NCBI RefSeq assembly: GCF_006345805.1
Contig: NC_043009.1
Coordinates: 51,770,001 to 51,834,000 of the forward strand
Source of the DNA: Octopus sinensis
Lineage: Eukaryota
Length of the DNA: 64,000 bases
Direction: 5' to 3'
Position 1 is the first letter of the stretch. Every line of letters starts with the position of its first letter. Shown piece after piece: positions 1 through 12,012 of this stretch. A program made the translations under genes and the position numbers. The notes under the pieces were generated by a model. The model was not told where the DNA came from and made no database searches. It saw only the letters and a program-made list of their open reading frames with translations.

Positions 1-559
1 TTATTTCTGTATAATTCGTGGAGCATAATATCTTACACTTCTCACCGCAAAATATTTTCTCACGTGTTTATTAGCTGTACCCCCACTTTACTTATTTGAT
101 CAATATCCGTTGTCTGAAATGCAAAGAATACACTTGTAGAATATTCTCTGTAACTAAATAAGACCTTAATGTTTCGCTGATGATGTTCTATTTCTTGTTC
201 TTTATTCTGCTGTTTTATTCCAGTCATGGCCAATGCTGTTTAATTATAATATGAAACGGAGTTAGACTTGCTTGATTTTTCTTCAAGGGTGATCGGGCAT
301 GAAGGCATGAAGAGGCTCCCTCGTAATTTGTAATTAAATATAACAGTAGATACAAGAGAAGAATTCATGTTGCTTGTTCAGTGTAGAACACTGCAATATG
401 TTGCCACAACGTTGACCATCCATTATCGTTATACTGTTAATATATGATTTGATGGCAATTACTGGCGAAATATTGCAGAACAAGTAAGTTGAGGCATCAT
501 TAACACTTTGTAAGAGTACATGACAAAAAAAGTATAAACACACACGTACACACACAAAC

Positions 560-722
560 ATGCACAAATACACACACAGACGGGCACACATTTGTACATA
601 TACGCATACGTATATATATATATATCACATATATATCACACACACACATTAGCACATGCATTGTACATATATAGTATATACATCACACATACATACATAT
701 ACACACACACACACACACATAC

Positions 723-762
<40 letters not shown>

Positions 763-890
763 GTATATCAAAATAAGCAACAAGGATATCCAGAGGTGCC
801 TCAACTTAAGTACCATATTGATCTGAATCAGAATTTTTACAGGATATATATATATATATATATATAACATAACATACATACACAATAATA
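560..890. repeat. Compound (TA)n/(CA)n microsatellite
   Basis: Direct: TA and CA dinucleotide runs with short unique interruptions. Confidence 0.95.
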
Positions 891-944
891 TGTTAAGAAT
901 TGGACAACTCTGCTAATTTCTTTCTTCTACACTCAAAGATAGTA

Positions 945-1136
945 TTGGTTTCAAATTTTCGCACAGTGCCAGAAGATCGAGGGAGGGTTTACGTCAGTTG
1001 GTACCTATCTTATCGACCCCGAAGAGATGAAATCAAAGTCAATCTCGGGGGAATTTGAATTCAAAACGCAGTGATGGGCGAAATACCGCTAAGCATTTTG
1101 TCCAGCGTGCTAACGATTCAGCCAGCTTGCCGCCTT
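945..1136 (-). mobile_element. SINE-A copy (tRNA-type head)
   Basis: Minus strand reads AAGGCGGCAAGCTGGCTGAATCGTTAGCACGC (A-box-like) and TTGAATTCAAATTCC (degenerate B-box); same sequence recurs more than 10 times in the window. Confidence 0.85.
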
Positions 1137-1145
1137 AACAATAAT

Positions 1146-1454
1146 ATTCTTTTCTACTCGAGGCACAAGGCCTGAAATTTTGGGGGAGAGGGCCGGTCGA
1201 CTAAATCGACACCAGTAAGCAACTGGCAATTAATATATCAATCCCGAAAGGATGGATGGGAGAAGTCGGTTACCTCAACCCTATTACTCAATAGGCACAA
1301 TACCTGAAACTTGACTAGTACTAATTTTCCCGACCCCCAAATCATGAAAGGCAAAGTCGACCTCGCCGGAATTTGAACTCGGGACGTAAAGACGGACGAA
1401 ATGCTGCTAAGCATTTTGCCCGGTCTGCAAACGATTCTGTCAACACGCCGCTTT
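1146..1454 (-). mobile_element. Two adjacent partial SINE-A copies
   Basis: Family 3' motif ctactcgaggcacaaggcctgaaatttt, then gtcgacctcgccggaatttgaactc (B-box on minus strand). Confidence 0.8.
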
Positions 1455-1574
1455 ACAATCAATGGTTATGCTGATAATTATGATAATTGTTGAAAGAAGC
1501 TCAAACTAGGTTCCAACCATCGACGTTGCAGTAATCTTTACAGCAACAATAATATTAATAATGATTATAATAAT

Positions 1575-1907
1575 AACGTTTTCAAATTTTGGTGTATGGT
1601 GGTCAATTTTGGGGCGAGAGGTATAAGTCGATTACACCGATCCCATGCTCAACTGGTACATTTTTTCGACCCCGAAGGGATGAAGGGCGAAGTCGACCTG
1701 GGCGGAATTTGAACTCAGAACGTGAAGACGGCGTGCTAACGACTGTGCCAGCTCTCGCCAGCCTCAACAAGAACATGCTAAACTGGTACATTTTTTTCGA
1801 CCCCGAAAGGATGAAAGTGAAGTCGACCTCGGCAGAATTTGAACTCAGAACACGAAGACGGCGTGCTAACGACTTTGCCAGCTCTCCGCCAGCCTCAACA
1901 AGAACAT
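1575..1907 (-). mobile_element. SINE-A with local 130-bp tandem duplication
   Basis: Units 1644-1773 and 1774-1907 share the same internal deletion and the flank cagcctcaacaagaacat. Confidence 0.85.
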
Positions 1908-2612
1908 CAGCAGCAACAGCAATAATATGTAACACGACTGATCGAAACATACTATCTCAGCTTTACTGTACTTGGACAGGATTGTCATGGGTGGATCAAA
2001 TTCGAATTATTTGTGTGTTTTGTTTTTATCTTGGTCCTCTTAAGAATATTTCAATTTTCAAACGTTTAATTTGCCCAAATCTGACAAACAGAATATCTAA
2101 CAGCCGGTAGAGATATTAGTTGATAGACTGGTTCGCTGGTTGTTTGCTTGGTTGATTTATTCATCTGTTCCTACTTTACCTTGTATAGAGAGAAGTAATA
2201 AAGTTTAAAGAGATACATAGAGAGAGCTTAAATTCAGAGGTGCAGAATAAATGACATATAACTTTCTGAATTACTTCTGTTATGAATTTTTTTAGAAAGA
2301 ATATTCCGATGTTAAAACACATGAATGATGACGATGTAGTGTAGCGACTGTTATTTTGATAAAATTTTGGAAAATATATGTATATTTTTCAAATATTCAT
2401 ATGAGAAATTTGTTTTATATATTTTTATTTTTAATACAATAAATATTTCTCTTTTGAAAACTAGTATCCATTTCATTATTGTGTATAGGAAGAAATGTAA
2501 CATTTAGAAGATAAATTGTAATTGTTATCTGTATATTTCCACATGTTACATATCGTGGCTAAATCACACTTCCTATGTTACTAATCATATGACAGGTAAC
2601 ACTCAGGTAGTA

Positions 2613-3011
2613 ATCTTTTCTACTCTAGGCACAAGCCCCGAAATTTTGGGGGAGGGAGCCAGTCGATTACATCGACCCCAGTGCGTAACTGCTAATTAAT
2701 GTATCGACCCCGAAAAGATGAAAGGCAAAGTCGACCTCGGCGGAATTTGAACTCAGAACGTAACGGCAGACGAAATACCTATTTCTTTACTACCCACAGG
2801 GGCGAAACACAGAGAGGACAAACAAGGACAGACAAACGGATTAAGTCGATTATATCGACCCCAGTGCGAAACTGGTACTTATTTAATCGATCCCGAAAAG
2901 ATGAAAGGCAGAGTCGACCTCGGCGGAATTTGAACTCAGAACGTAACGGCAGACGAAATACGGCTAAACATTTCGCCCGGCGTGCTAGCATTTCTGCCAG
3001 CTCGCCGCCTT
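2613..3011 (-). mobile_element. Well-preserved dimeric SINE-A
   Basis: Two copies of the atcgaccccagtgcg...ggaatttgaactcagaacgtaacggcagacgaaatac module separated by a linker; head AAGGCGGCGAGCTGGCAGAA and B-box GAGTTCAAATTCC on the minus strand. Confidence 0.9.
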
Positions 3012-3696
3012 ACACTCAAGTAGTATTATAACGTTGTCAACGTCTTCGTTTTCATCATCATTTCCATTATCATCAACAACAAAAAAAAAAAAAAACATAT
3101 TCTTCAACTTCGTCGTCGCCATCGGCATATGTGAGGTACCAATCACTAAGCCCTCGTGCTGTTGTTTAATCCAAAATGAAGAGTAAGGAGAACTATGGTC
3201 ACTACTACTCCACGTATAAACATCCTCCTTTGCTTTACATTTCCAGACGTACTATATTTAGAACAACTACATTGTATGTCCTTTTTTTTTTTTATTAATA
3301 TAATAGTATAGGATTTGAGGGCAACATAGATGCTACATCAAACACGTTATTGAGTACAAGATAGGATCTACAGTTAAATGAAGAGTGTTGGTCTGTGGTA
3401 ATTGTCACTAGTTATATACGACTGAGTACAGAAAGATTCCTGCCTCTGAGGGTATCACGACTGGCCTGGCTGTTGGCCCAAACTTTCGAGGTCGTGTACA
3501 GGGTGGATGAAGGAACGCTAAAAATGAGTGCGTAAATCTGAGAGGGGAATATGTTGGATTAAATCATATCTAGCTGATCCTCGTATTTTCTTTTACCTAA
3601 AGGCAATTACTTTTCAGTGCCACCTCGTGAGTGTATCACTGACCACTGACAGATACAGTGAATACCCAACATAAATAAGTCACTTTTGATCGTGCT

Positions 3697-3699
3697 TTG

Positions 3700-3749
<50 letters not shown>

Positions 3750-4050
3750 TATGTATGTATGTGTGTATATCTATGTTATACTACACATTCACGCATTCAC
3801 ACACATACGCACATATTATATGCGTATATATATATATATATATATGCACTACGCTTATTGCATATATATATATATATATACACATATATAAACATACATA
3901 TATTTATACATATGTATATTTATATACACACATACATATATTTATATATACATACATGTATACATGCATTTGTATGTGTGTGTGTGTGTCAGAGAGAGCG
4001 TGCATGTGGGTGCATGTATATATGCATGTATATATGCATGTATTTTTGTA
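3697..4050. repeat. Compound (TA)n/(TG)n/(CA)n microsatellite
   Basis: Direct observation. Confidence 0.95.
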
Positions 4051-4559
4051 AGTATTCTCTAACCTATTCACTCGGCCATTCACGATAATCTCGGCCAAAC
4101 ACTCTATAATGATCCCTATTAGTAATAACACTTTATTGTTCCCAGAACCTAATATTCTTTAACGTTATCCAGAAAAAAAAGAAGAAAAAAATCGAAAAAA
4201 AAAATATTACATTATAATTCACACGCTATGTACCTGATTTCATAAAATTTCTACATGGATGAACAAATTTAAGCTTCGCTCTCCCGCACGATATATCTTT
4301 CCAATATAAAGCGTAAAAGAAACAGAAAGAAAAATTAAAAATAGACGTAATGTAATTCTTATATTACTAATAACAACAACCCAATAGCGTGTTCCCAGAT
4401 CAGTTCCGCTACATGAATCCTTCTCTCACGCATATATACATTTTATATTCCCTGACTCTTTTTTTTTTATATATATTTTTGTTAACTATTTTGTTAGTCA
4501 TGATATATTTTTCAATAATGCATATAAATCATATATAACAAAATAAATCGCAGTGAATG

Positions 4560-4724
4560 TATACAACGCACACACACACACACACACACACAACAAACAC
4601 ACACCCACAAACACACTCGAACACATGGAGGTAAACACTCATCGCAATATATCTACACATACACAAAGACAGACAGAAAGATAGACAAATTCTCATCGTA
4701 AAATGTCTACACACACACGCCACA

Positions 4725-4774
<50 letters not shown>

Positions 4775-4981
4775 GCATATGCACACACATAAATTGAGTA
4801 AAGATGGCGTAAGGAAAGATATGGATACAGGAAAAAAAACTAATAGATAAGTTTTTAGACAGATAGTAAAACCTGTATATACATAAATACTCATGATCAC
4901 AGATATATATGTTTATATGTATATTTGTGAGTATACACACAGACACACACATATATACACACACACACACATCTATATATA

Positions 4982-5020
<39 letters not shown>

Positions 5021-5060
5021 GCAAGCATATGCACAAACACCCACACACACACATGGTGAT
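4560..5060. repeat. Compound (CA)n/(TA)n microsatellite region
   Basis: Direct observation. Confidence 0.9.
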
Positions 5061-5519
5061 GTAGATAGTCAACGTAGTTTAGTAATATAAAATATATTTT
5101 AAATATATACAATAAGTACAAGATAATTCTATTCAATACCTCTGCCGATATAACCAATTACCTCATCTTATGTAATACTATACAGCAATTAAATCCATGT
5201 TGAATATCCGATGCTTTTCATCGCGTAACTTGAAATCTCTTGTATTCGGGAATAAATACACTTAACTATTGCATCACCGCTACAAATATTACGAAAGCCC
5301 TCTGCTAAAAGTATTTTTCTTCCATAGAATATGGTCTCTGCTTTTATTATTAGCAGTATTAATTAGGGATAATCACCGGCACGATACAAGAGCGAATATT
5401 CAGTGGCCGTTTCCGTAAGAATTTGCGCAAATATATATTGCAATACATTCCGATACTGACAATAGTTTTATCACAGCAATTTTTCTACAATTTGGAATGG
5501 CGTGAATAGGTTTTGTAAT

Positions 5520-5680
5520 AGAGAATCGTTTGCACACCGGACAAAATGTTTAGTAGCATTTCATCTCTCCTTATGCTGTGCATTCAAATTTTTGCCCGTT
5601 CATCTTCTCGGGATTGGTGAATTAAGTTTCAGGGGAGCAGTTAGGCCGATGTAATCGACTAACGCTACTCTGCGAAACGA
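5520..5680 (+). mobile_element. Highly degenerate SINE-A
   Basis: Residual motifs gaatcgtttgcacaccggacaaaatgtttag, cattcaaattt and gccgatgtaatcgact. Confidence 0.5.
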
Positions 5681-5716
5681 GTTCAGGCCTATTTCCTGTT
5701 GTACAAAGGATTACAA

Positions 5717-5720
5717 TTAC

Positions 5721-5792
<72 letters not shown>

Positions 5793-5813
5793 ATTATTAT
5801 TATTATTATTATA

Positions 5814-5855
<42 letters not shown>

Positions 5856-5861
5856 TCATTA

Positions 5862-5929
<68 letters not shown>

Positions 5930-5955
5930 TTTATCATTACCATTACTATTATTAT
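5717..5955. repeat. (ATT)n/(AGT)n trinucleotide microsatellite
   Basis: Direct observation. Confidence 0.97.
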
Positions 5956-7910
5956 AGCCTTTGGAAATTGGCGTCTTTTCAAATTAAAGGGCAAATCAGA
6001 TGGTAGCAAAATAATGCGTCCTGCATCAACATCAATTATCTTACTTGCAGTGATCATATTATCTGACACCGATAACACTCTATAACTGGGCCATTCCAGT
6101 GCCCATTTCTCTGATCTACGTTTCTTAGCAACATTATAAGAACACCTGCGACTTATATTAAGAGAATTCAGAAATTTAGGACGACAGAGTGCAGATTGTT
6201 GATCTTTTGCACCGGAATCAATACTCCTCGGAGTATAAGTCTCACCTGGAAATTTCTGGATTATGTGGTAATTTAGATTGTCAACTTCATTCTTTGTTGT
6301 TAATATTGCTTGTGATAATAACCATTGGGCACTGTTAAAATTAACATCTAAATCTTCGTAGACATGGTTGATCGATCCTCCTTGCTGTTGACTTGAAATT
6401 GCTGAGGAATCTCTATTACATCATCATATAATTGTCTTTGAACGTTGGGGATTCTCCCATCACCATCTTTCAATAACCAAACAGTCGAACTTGAGAAGTG
6501 GTATCATTATTGCTGAGAAAGTTTTACACTCTCATATTAGTGGTGAGATGAAGTACTTCGCATTCGTGCCAAATTACAGATTCTTTCAAACATGCTCCAA
6601 TTAGAAAAGACCTTTGTGCTCTTCGAACCACTGGAAGAATTTGACGGAAATCACCACCCAAGATTATCAATTTGCCGCCAAAGATCAAATCGTTGTTCAT
6701 TACATCCTTCAGTGTTCAATTCAGTGCTTCAAATAGATAACGATGATACATGGGTGCCTCTTCCCAAAATATCAAGTGTGAAATCATGAAGCAAACGGCC
6801 AGTGACATCAAGAGAAGACATTTTGCATATTGAATTTCAGTTTACCGGTATGGGCAGCTTGAACCGAGAGTGAGCCGTGCGACCGAGCTTCAATCGTGTC
6901 TCAGCAATGCCTGATGACGCTGTCGCAATAGTTAGCTGGTTATTTTTGCGCACATAAGACAATAATATATTAAGAATATATATTAAGTTTTGCCAGTAAC
7001 CCCAGGTGCTTCAATAAGCATAAAACCACCATCTTTTCTATCAATTTTGTGTTGAATATTTCCAAAAATCATACTCTGGTCATTATTTAGCATATGGATG
7101 TTAGCACTGAAAAATTCTTCTGCATTTGGATCCATCTCATCTTCATGAAGTAGAACATTATTCGTACCGAGATCATGAATAGCAGGAGGCAATCCAAAAC
7201 ATATTGTACTATGGTCATGCTTACCCATGTGATGATTCAATTCACACAGCATTTTATTTAGGACAATATCCCAAGCTGCTTCATGAGAAAAATTGTGTTG
7301 TCTCATTCGATGGAAGTAATCTTGGCACAGATCTTCGCGAAACATGTATAATTCTATTGGTCTGGATAGAGAGCAAAACTGAAGAATACTGACAACAAAT
7401 TTCGTAAATCATTCACTGAACATATTGTTCTTGCCTCATTTCGACAAAGTTCCCATTCTTGATAATTTTCTAATAGAATCATCATTTGACATGCGTGCTT
7501 AAAATTTTCGCAAACAACACTCTTAATTGTGATTAAATATTCAAAGCTTGCCGCTCCCGCTTTATGTTGAAGTAATAATCTAAGATAAAATAGCTTCCCT
7601 TGCGATTGATGTACTGCGTGCACTCTGCCAATAGCATCTGGAATATCGCCACTTTGTCTAACTCTTCTTCTCCAACTTTTATTATTGTTACACAAGTATA
7701 ATGGTGTGGAAAGTTACAATAGAGGATATCTTTTGCTAGAGGATCTTCTTCCTTCATCTTGAAATATGCTGTCAACGTGGTCGATCTAAAGCTTCTTGTT
7801 GCTAAAGCTTCTTGTGCAAGATTCGGATTAAACACAGTCATCTGTTGATATGGCATCTATATCGGCAAGCATTTAACAACAGGCTGCCTTGCAAACACGC
7901 GCACTCATAC
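5956..7910 (-). pseudogene. Helitron Rep/PIF1-like helicase, C-terminal part, frameshifted
   Basis: Minus-strand translation gives, in order: IGRVH...FYLRLLL (~7560-7640), IEAPGVTGKT Walker A (~6985-7015), IATASSGIA and GRTAHSRFKLP (6850-6930), IFGGKLIILGGDFRQILPVV (6625-6686), KFLNSLNIS and SDLPFNLKRRQFP (~5960-6000). These are canonical Helitron PIF1 motifs; multiple stops and frameshifts. Confidence 0.93.
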
Positions 7911-8379
7911 GCGTTCTTTTTTTTTTATCTGAGACTCACAAATAGGAATGAATGAAAACAGAACATTAATACGTTGCCACAGCTATTAAAACGGTACACA
8001 CGGTAAAGGTAAATATCAAGAATTAAGTATCTGTAACAAAAGGCCCAAAAATTTGACGATGATGTGGTCAACTACGTCGGATCGATGAAAATCAACATAT
8101 AATTTTAACTCTATGCATTTGTTGACAATCTGCTTAGCCTTGTGAAATTACTACTGAGGAAAAGGTGTGTGGCAGGTGTGATAGAAAGGGTAAACTGTAC
8201 ATGTGGTAAGCATGAGAATTAGATAGATGAATCAAGTGTGAGTAGTTGTATGTCAGTGTGAAACAAATGGGTGGAGGTGAAAATAGATTCTTGCAGTAGT
8301 TTTCGTTTGACCCAGTGACATCGTTTCTCGTTCAGTCCCCCAAACCGTCTGCAACAGGCTGTCACGGTCGCTAGCAGGG

Positions 8380-8434
8380 AACTGACCGTCTTGGCTGGTC
8401 AGCGCCTACATATTTATAATAGTCTGCAGCCAAT
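8380..8434 (-). promoter_or_regulatory. Candidate Pol II core promoter (CCAAT, TATAAATA, Inr TCAGTT) facing the Helitron helicase
   Basis: CCAAT at 8430-8434, minus-strand TATAAATA at 8418-8411, TCAGTT at 8385-8380. TATA-to-Inr spacing is 35 nt, slightly long. Confidence 0.35.
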
Positions 8435-8558
8435 AGAAAGATGGACAAGATCCAGTTCTTCTGAACGTAGTTTCACCTAGCTGGTCATTAAAAACTCATC
8501 AATCACAATTTTTATTGACAGGAAAAAGAAGTTCTTCCCGCAGCAAATTTCAAAACAG

Positions 8559-9291
8559 TGAAAGAAGAAAGAAAAAAAATTCAGTTTCATTTTAACGATA
8601 AACGGTGTTTCATACATACAAACATTCATAGACTTCCCTTTTACACGCCCACAAATGCTTCATTTTTATGTTACACTTCCATAGTACACATGCACACAAT
8701 CACATACGTTCCTTTTACATACGCGTTTGTTCTGTCTCCCTCTTTGTGTGTGTGCCTCTCTCTCTTTGTGTGTGTGTGTCTCTCTCTCTCTCTGTCTCTC
8801 TTCCTTTCTTTCTTTCCGTCCTTTTGTCACCTCTACATCTCTACCTTCCTCTCTCTCTCCCTCTCTAACTCTAGTAATGTTCACCCATCCCATTCCTTCG
8901 TTATTGATATGTTGTGACGGATGAAAGAAGAAAGAAAAAAAAATTCAGTTTCATTTTAACGATAAACGGTGTTTCATACATACAAACATTCATAGACTTC
9001 CCTTTTACACGCCCACAAATGCTTCATTTTATGTTACACTTCCATAGTACACATGCACACAATCACATACGTTCCTTTTACATACGCGTTTGTTCTGTCT
9101 CCCTCTTTGTGTGTGTGCCTCTCTCTCTTTGTGTGTGTGTGTCTCTCTCTCTCTGTCTCTCTTCCTTTCTTTCTTTCCGTCCTTTTGTCACCTCTACATC
9201 TCTACCTTCCTCTCTCTCTCTCTCTCTAACTCTAGTAATGTTTTCTCTCTGTTTATCACCCATTCCTTCGTTATTGATATGTTGTGACGGA
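8559..9291. repeat. Head-to-tail duplication of a 363-bp unit
   Basis: tgaaagaagaaag starts at 8559 and 8922; both units end gttgtgacgga. Near-identical apart from the CT-rich part. Confidence 0.95.
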
Positions 9292-9419
9292 CTGACGCTT
9301 TTCCTCAATATCTTTCTTTTTTTCAATATTTCTTTCTTTCTTTCACTCTCTACTTCATTCACCTCTTTTTCTCTATCTAATTACCGATGGCTTCGGATAG
9401 ACGGACGCGGCTCTTGTTA

Positions 9420-9815
9420 TAGTATCATTATTATTGTTGTTGTTGTTGTTGTTATATATTTGACTTTTGCTTTGTATTTGCACAAGTTGATAGCAAGTCT
9501 CATCTAGAGACCTCAATACACAAGTTAGAAGTTCATGTTGGTGTTATGCTTAGAGTCTCATACATTTGGTTTAGCATATAATATAGTTCTAGAGAATGTT
9601 GAAGAAAACATTAAAAAAATTATGAGTGCGTGTTAAAATTTGAAGTTATATAGACAGTATTTTACGAAGAATATGAGCAGTTACCATGAGCACTGCTTTT
9701 TGAATTTCTGCCATTTTGTTGTTTGCGGTGCCCGAGCTGGGTAGGAATCAGACACTTTTGCTATCATTCCTAGGGCACCTATGACAACAGGTATTGTTTT
9801 AGTCTTCCAGACTCC
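9420..9815 (-). mobile_element. 3' fragment of R4/Dong-like RLE LINE (subfamily 1)
   Basis: Minus strand encodes KTKTIPVVIGALGMIAK...MAEIQKAVLMVTAHILRKILSI*; 3' UTR homologous to 30537-30730; ends in a (CAA)n/(TAA)n tail. Confidence 0.88.
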
Positions 9816-10310
9816 ACATTTCAGATTCAGTGGAAAGGAAGCATGAGGTGGAAAACATCTTCAACAACTTCGGGCGCTGCTATGTTATAAGAAGCTGGTT
9901 TCTCGATCACGGTTACAGTTTTATTACATGTGAGTTGTATGAGTGATTAGTATATCTGGTACTTTAGCTCCGAGTCGATCAAACACTCATGAATGGATTT
10001 AGAAGACGAAAACTGGAAAGAAGTCCGTCGCATGAATATAAGTACTTACACACACGAGTGTGTGTGTACACATACATTTATATATATATATACATACAGA
10101 TATATACATGTATATATTTCAGATTTGATGTATTTTCACCAGTGACCCAGTATTCGGTCGCCGAGAGTTAAATATATATAGAGAGAGAGAAAGAGAGAGA
10201 GAGAAATGGAGAGGGAGGGAGGAAGAGGGAGATGAAATACTGCTAAGCATTTTGCCTGCCCTGCCCACTAACAATTTTGGTAGCTCAACGCCTTAAATTA
10301 CCAACAGTCA

Positions 10311-11106
10311 TCTTCTCTATATATAAACGGCAGTTTGTTGGTCTGTGTGTCTGTGTGTCTGTCAGGTTGTACCCTCACCCTGACCACGGCTTTCAACCGA
10401 TTCTGATGAAACTTGACACACACATAGCCCAATGTCATAATTCAAAACTAACGCAGCGAAAATTTTGAAAAGTTCCCCCAGTTCTTAAAAAAAATCGATA
10501 AATTCGACATGGGTCGAGAATCTAAGCTTTTTATATGCAACATTTTCTACAGACTGTGTAGGGGACGTAACTCGACCTTTTTAACTCTCGGAACACGTGG
10601 AGTAAGTATCCCAAAATGTATAAAAATGTACAAAAACGGCAAAAAAGCGGGCAGCAATGTGAGTGACAACAACGAAAAAGTCAAAAGTGAACAAACGAAT
10701 GGAAAAGGTTTTTTGATGCACACGACAAAAGCGGTTTATAATAAATCAAGAGTTTGCAAGTAGCGTCCGAGGACCCTTTGGGTACGTCAAAAATTTAAGG
10801 TAAAACGTTTGGGGTGGTAGTTATAAAGAAAGTGTAAACAAAAAAAGTATTCGAATAACTTGCGGCCGCAGCAGCTATTAGCAGAAGTGGCGGTGTTGGG
10901 GGTAAAGTCTCGAATGTAATTTCTTCCTGGTAGGAATTGGTTGAGTTGAATTATCGATAGCTATTTGATAGTTATTTGGGAGTGAAGAGAAGACATTGCA
11001 ACCTACACATGCGCCTTCGTTCCCTACAGGGAAAGACTAGATTGGGATTAGTCGTTGCCTACTAGGGGCTCTTACATACCCGGGCAATGCCGGGCTATGC
11101 TGCTAG
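10311..11106 (+). mobile_element. Intact-looking non-autonomous Helitron (796 bp)
   Basis: Exact termini A|TCTTCTCTATATATAAACGG at 10311 and CTAG|T at 11103-11107; subterminal GC hairpin CCCGGGCAATGCCGGG at 11079-11094, 8 nt before CTAG; no TSD. Confidence 0.9.
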
Positions 11107-11419
11107 TTGACAATATCTGTTATGTTCTTCATAAATTAATGAAATGAGAACATTTATTTCCCGAAAAACGTGGCATGAAGCGCTGTAAAAACTTCAGTAT
11201 GAGTTGCAGATAAAGTTACTAACATTCTGCGGGAAGGATATTTGTTTAGTCTATACATAAATAAATTTATTGAACATTCGAAAAAAAAGTGAAATAATAA
11301 AGTTAACTACAAAAATACGAAAATACAATATTGTATATTAAAGACTGGTATAAAATAGATTTTAACACTTTGCTGTAAGAAAACTTGCCAAATTTCTATT
11401 TATGTGTTTATCAATCATC

Positions 11420-11574
11420 TAATACCTATGAAGCACCCATATATATATATATATATATATAATATATATTATATATATATATATATATATATCTATATAT
11501 ATATAATAATATATATATATCTTATACACATATATATATATATATATATAAATATATAAATATATATATATATA

Positions 11575-11645
<71 letters not shown>
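11420..11645. repeat. (TA)n microsatellite
   Basis: Direct observation. Confidence 0.97.
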
Positions 11646-11646
<1 letters not shown>

Positions 11647-11881
11647 GTATATCAGTAGATGATAGCTACATTTAATTATATGCCAAAGATTCAGTATATA
11701 ATAAAATAGCCTTCTGCCTATCATACTTCAGGTATAATAGGCAGATGAAAGTAAATTATAGTACGTTATTCGTCTGAATATAGAATCTCATCAGGACGTT
11801 CGTGTTTAAAATCTATACATATATATATATAATATATATATATATATATAGATATATATATATAATATATATAATTATATA

Positions 11882-12012
11882 TCAACCCCAGGACTTATTC
11901 TTTGTAAGTCTTGTACTTATGCTATCAGGCTCCTTTCCCGAACCGCTAAGTTTCGGGGAAACAAACACACCACCATCGGTTGTCAAGCGATGTTTGGGTG
12001 GGGGAGCACACA
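11882..12012 (-). mobile_element. SINE-B 3' half
   Basis: Reverse complement of family sequence ccccccaacatcgcttgacaaccgatg...aagaataagtcctggggt. Confidence 0.85.

Noticed and set aside
223-490. Acceptor-like sites at ~222 and ~288 and donor AA|GTAAGT at ~484
   Set aside because: All frames between them contain stops; possibly a UTR exon but unsupported.
10140-10172. TTAA-CTCTCGG piggyBac-like terminus on the minus strand
   Set aside because: No partner terminus found; the same short motif recurs inside the Helitron at ~10586.
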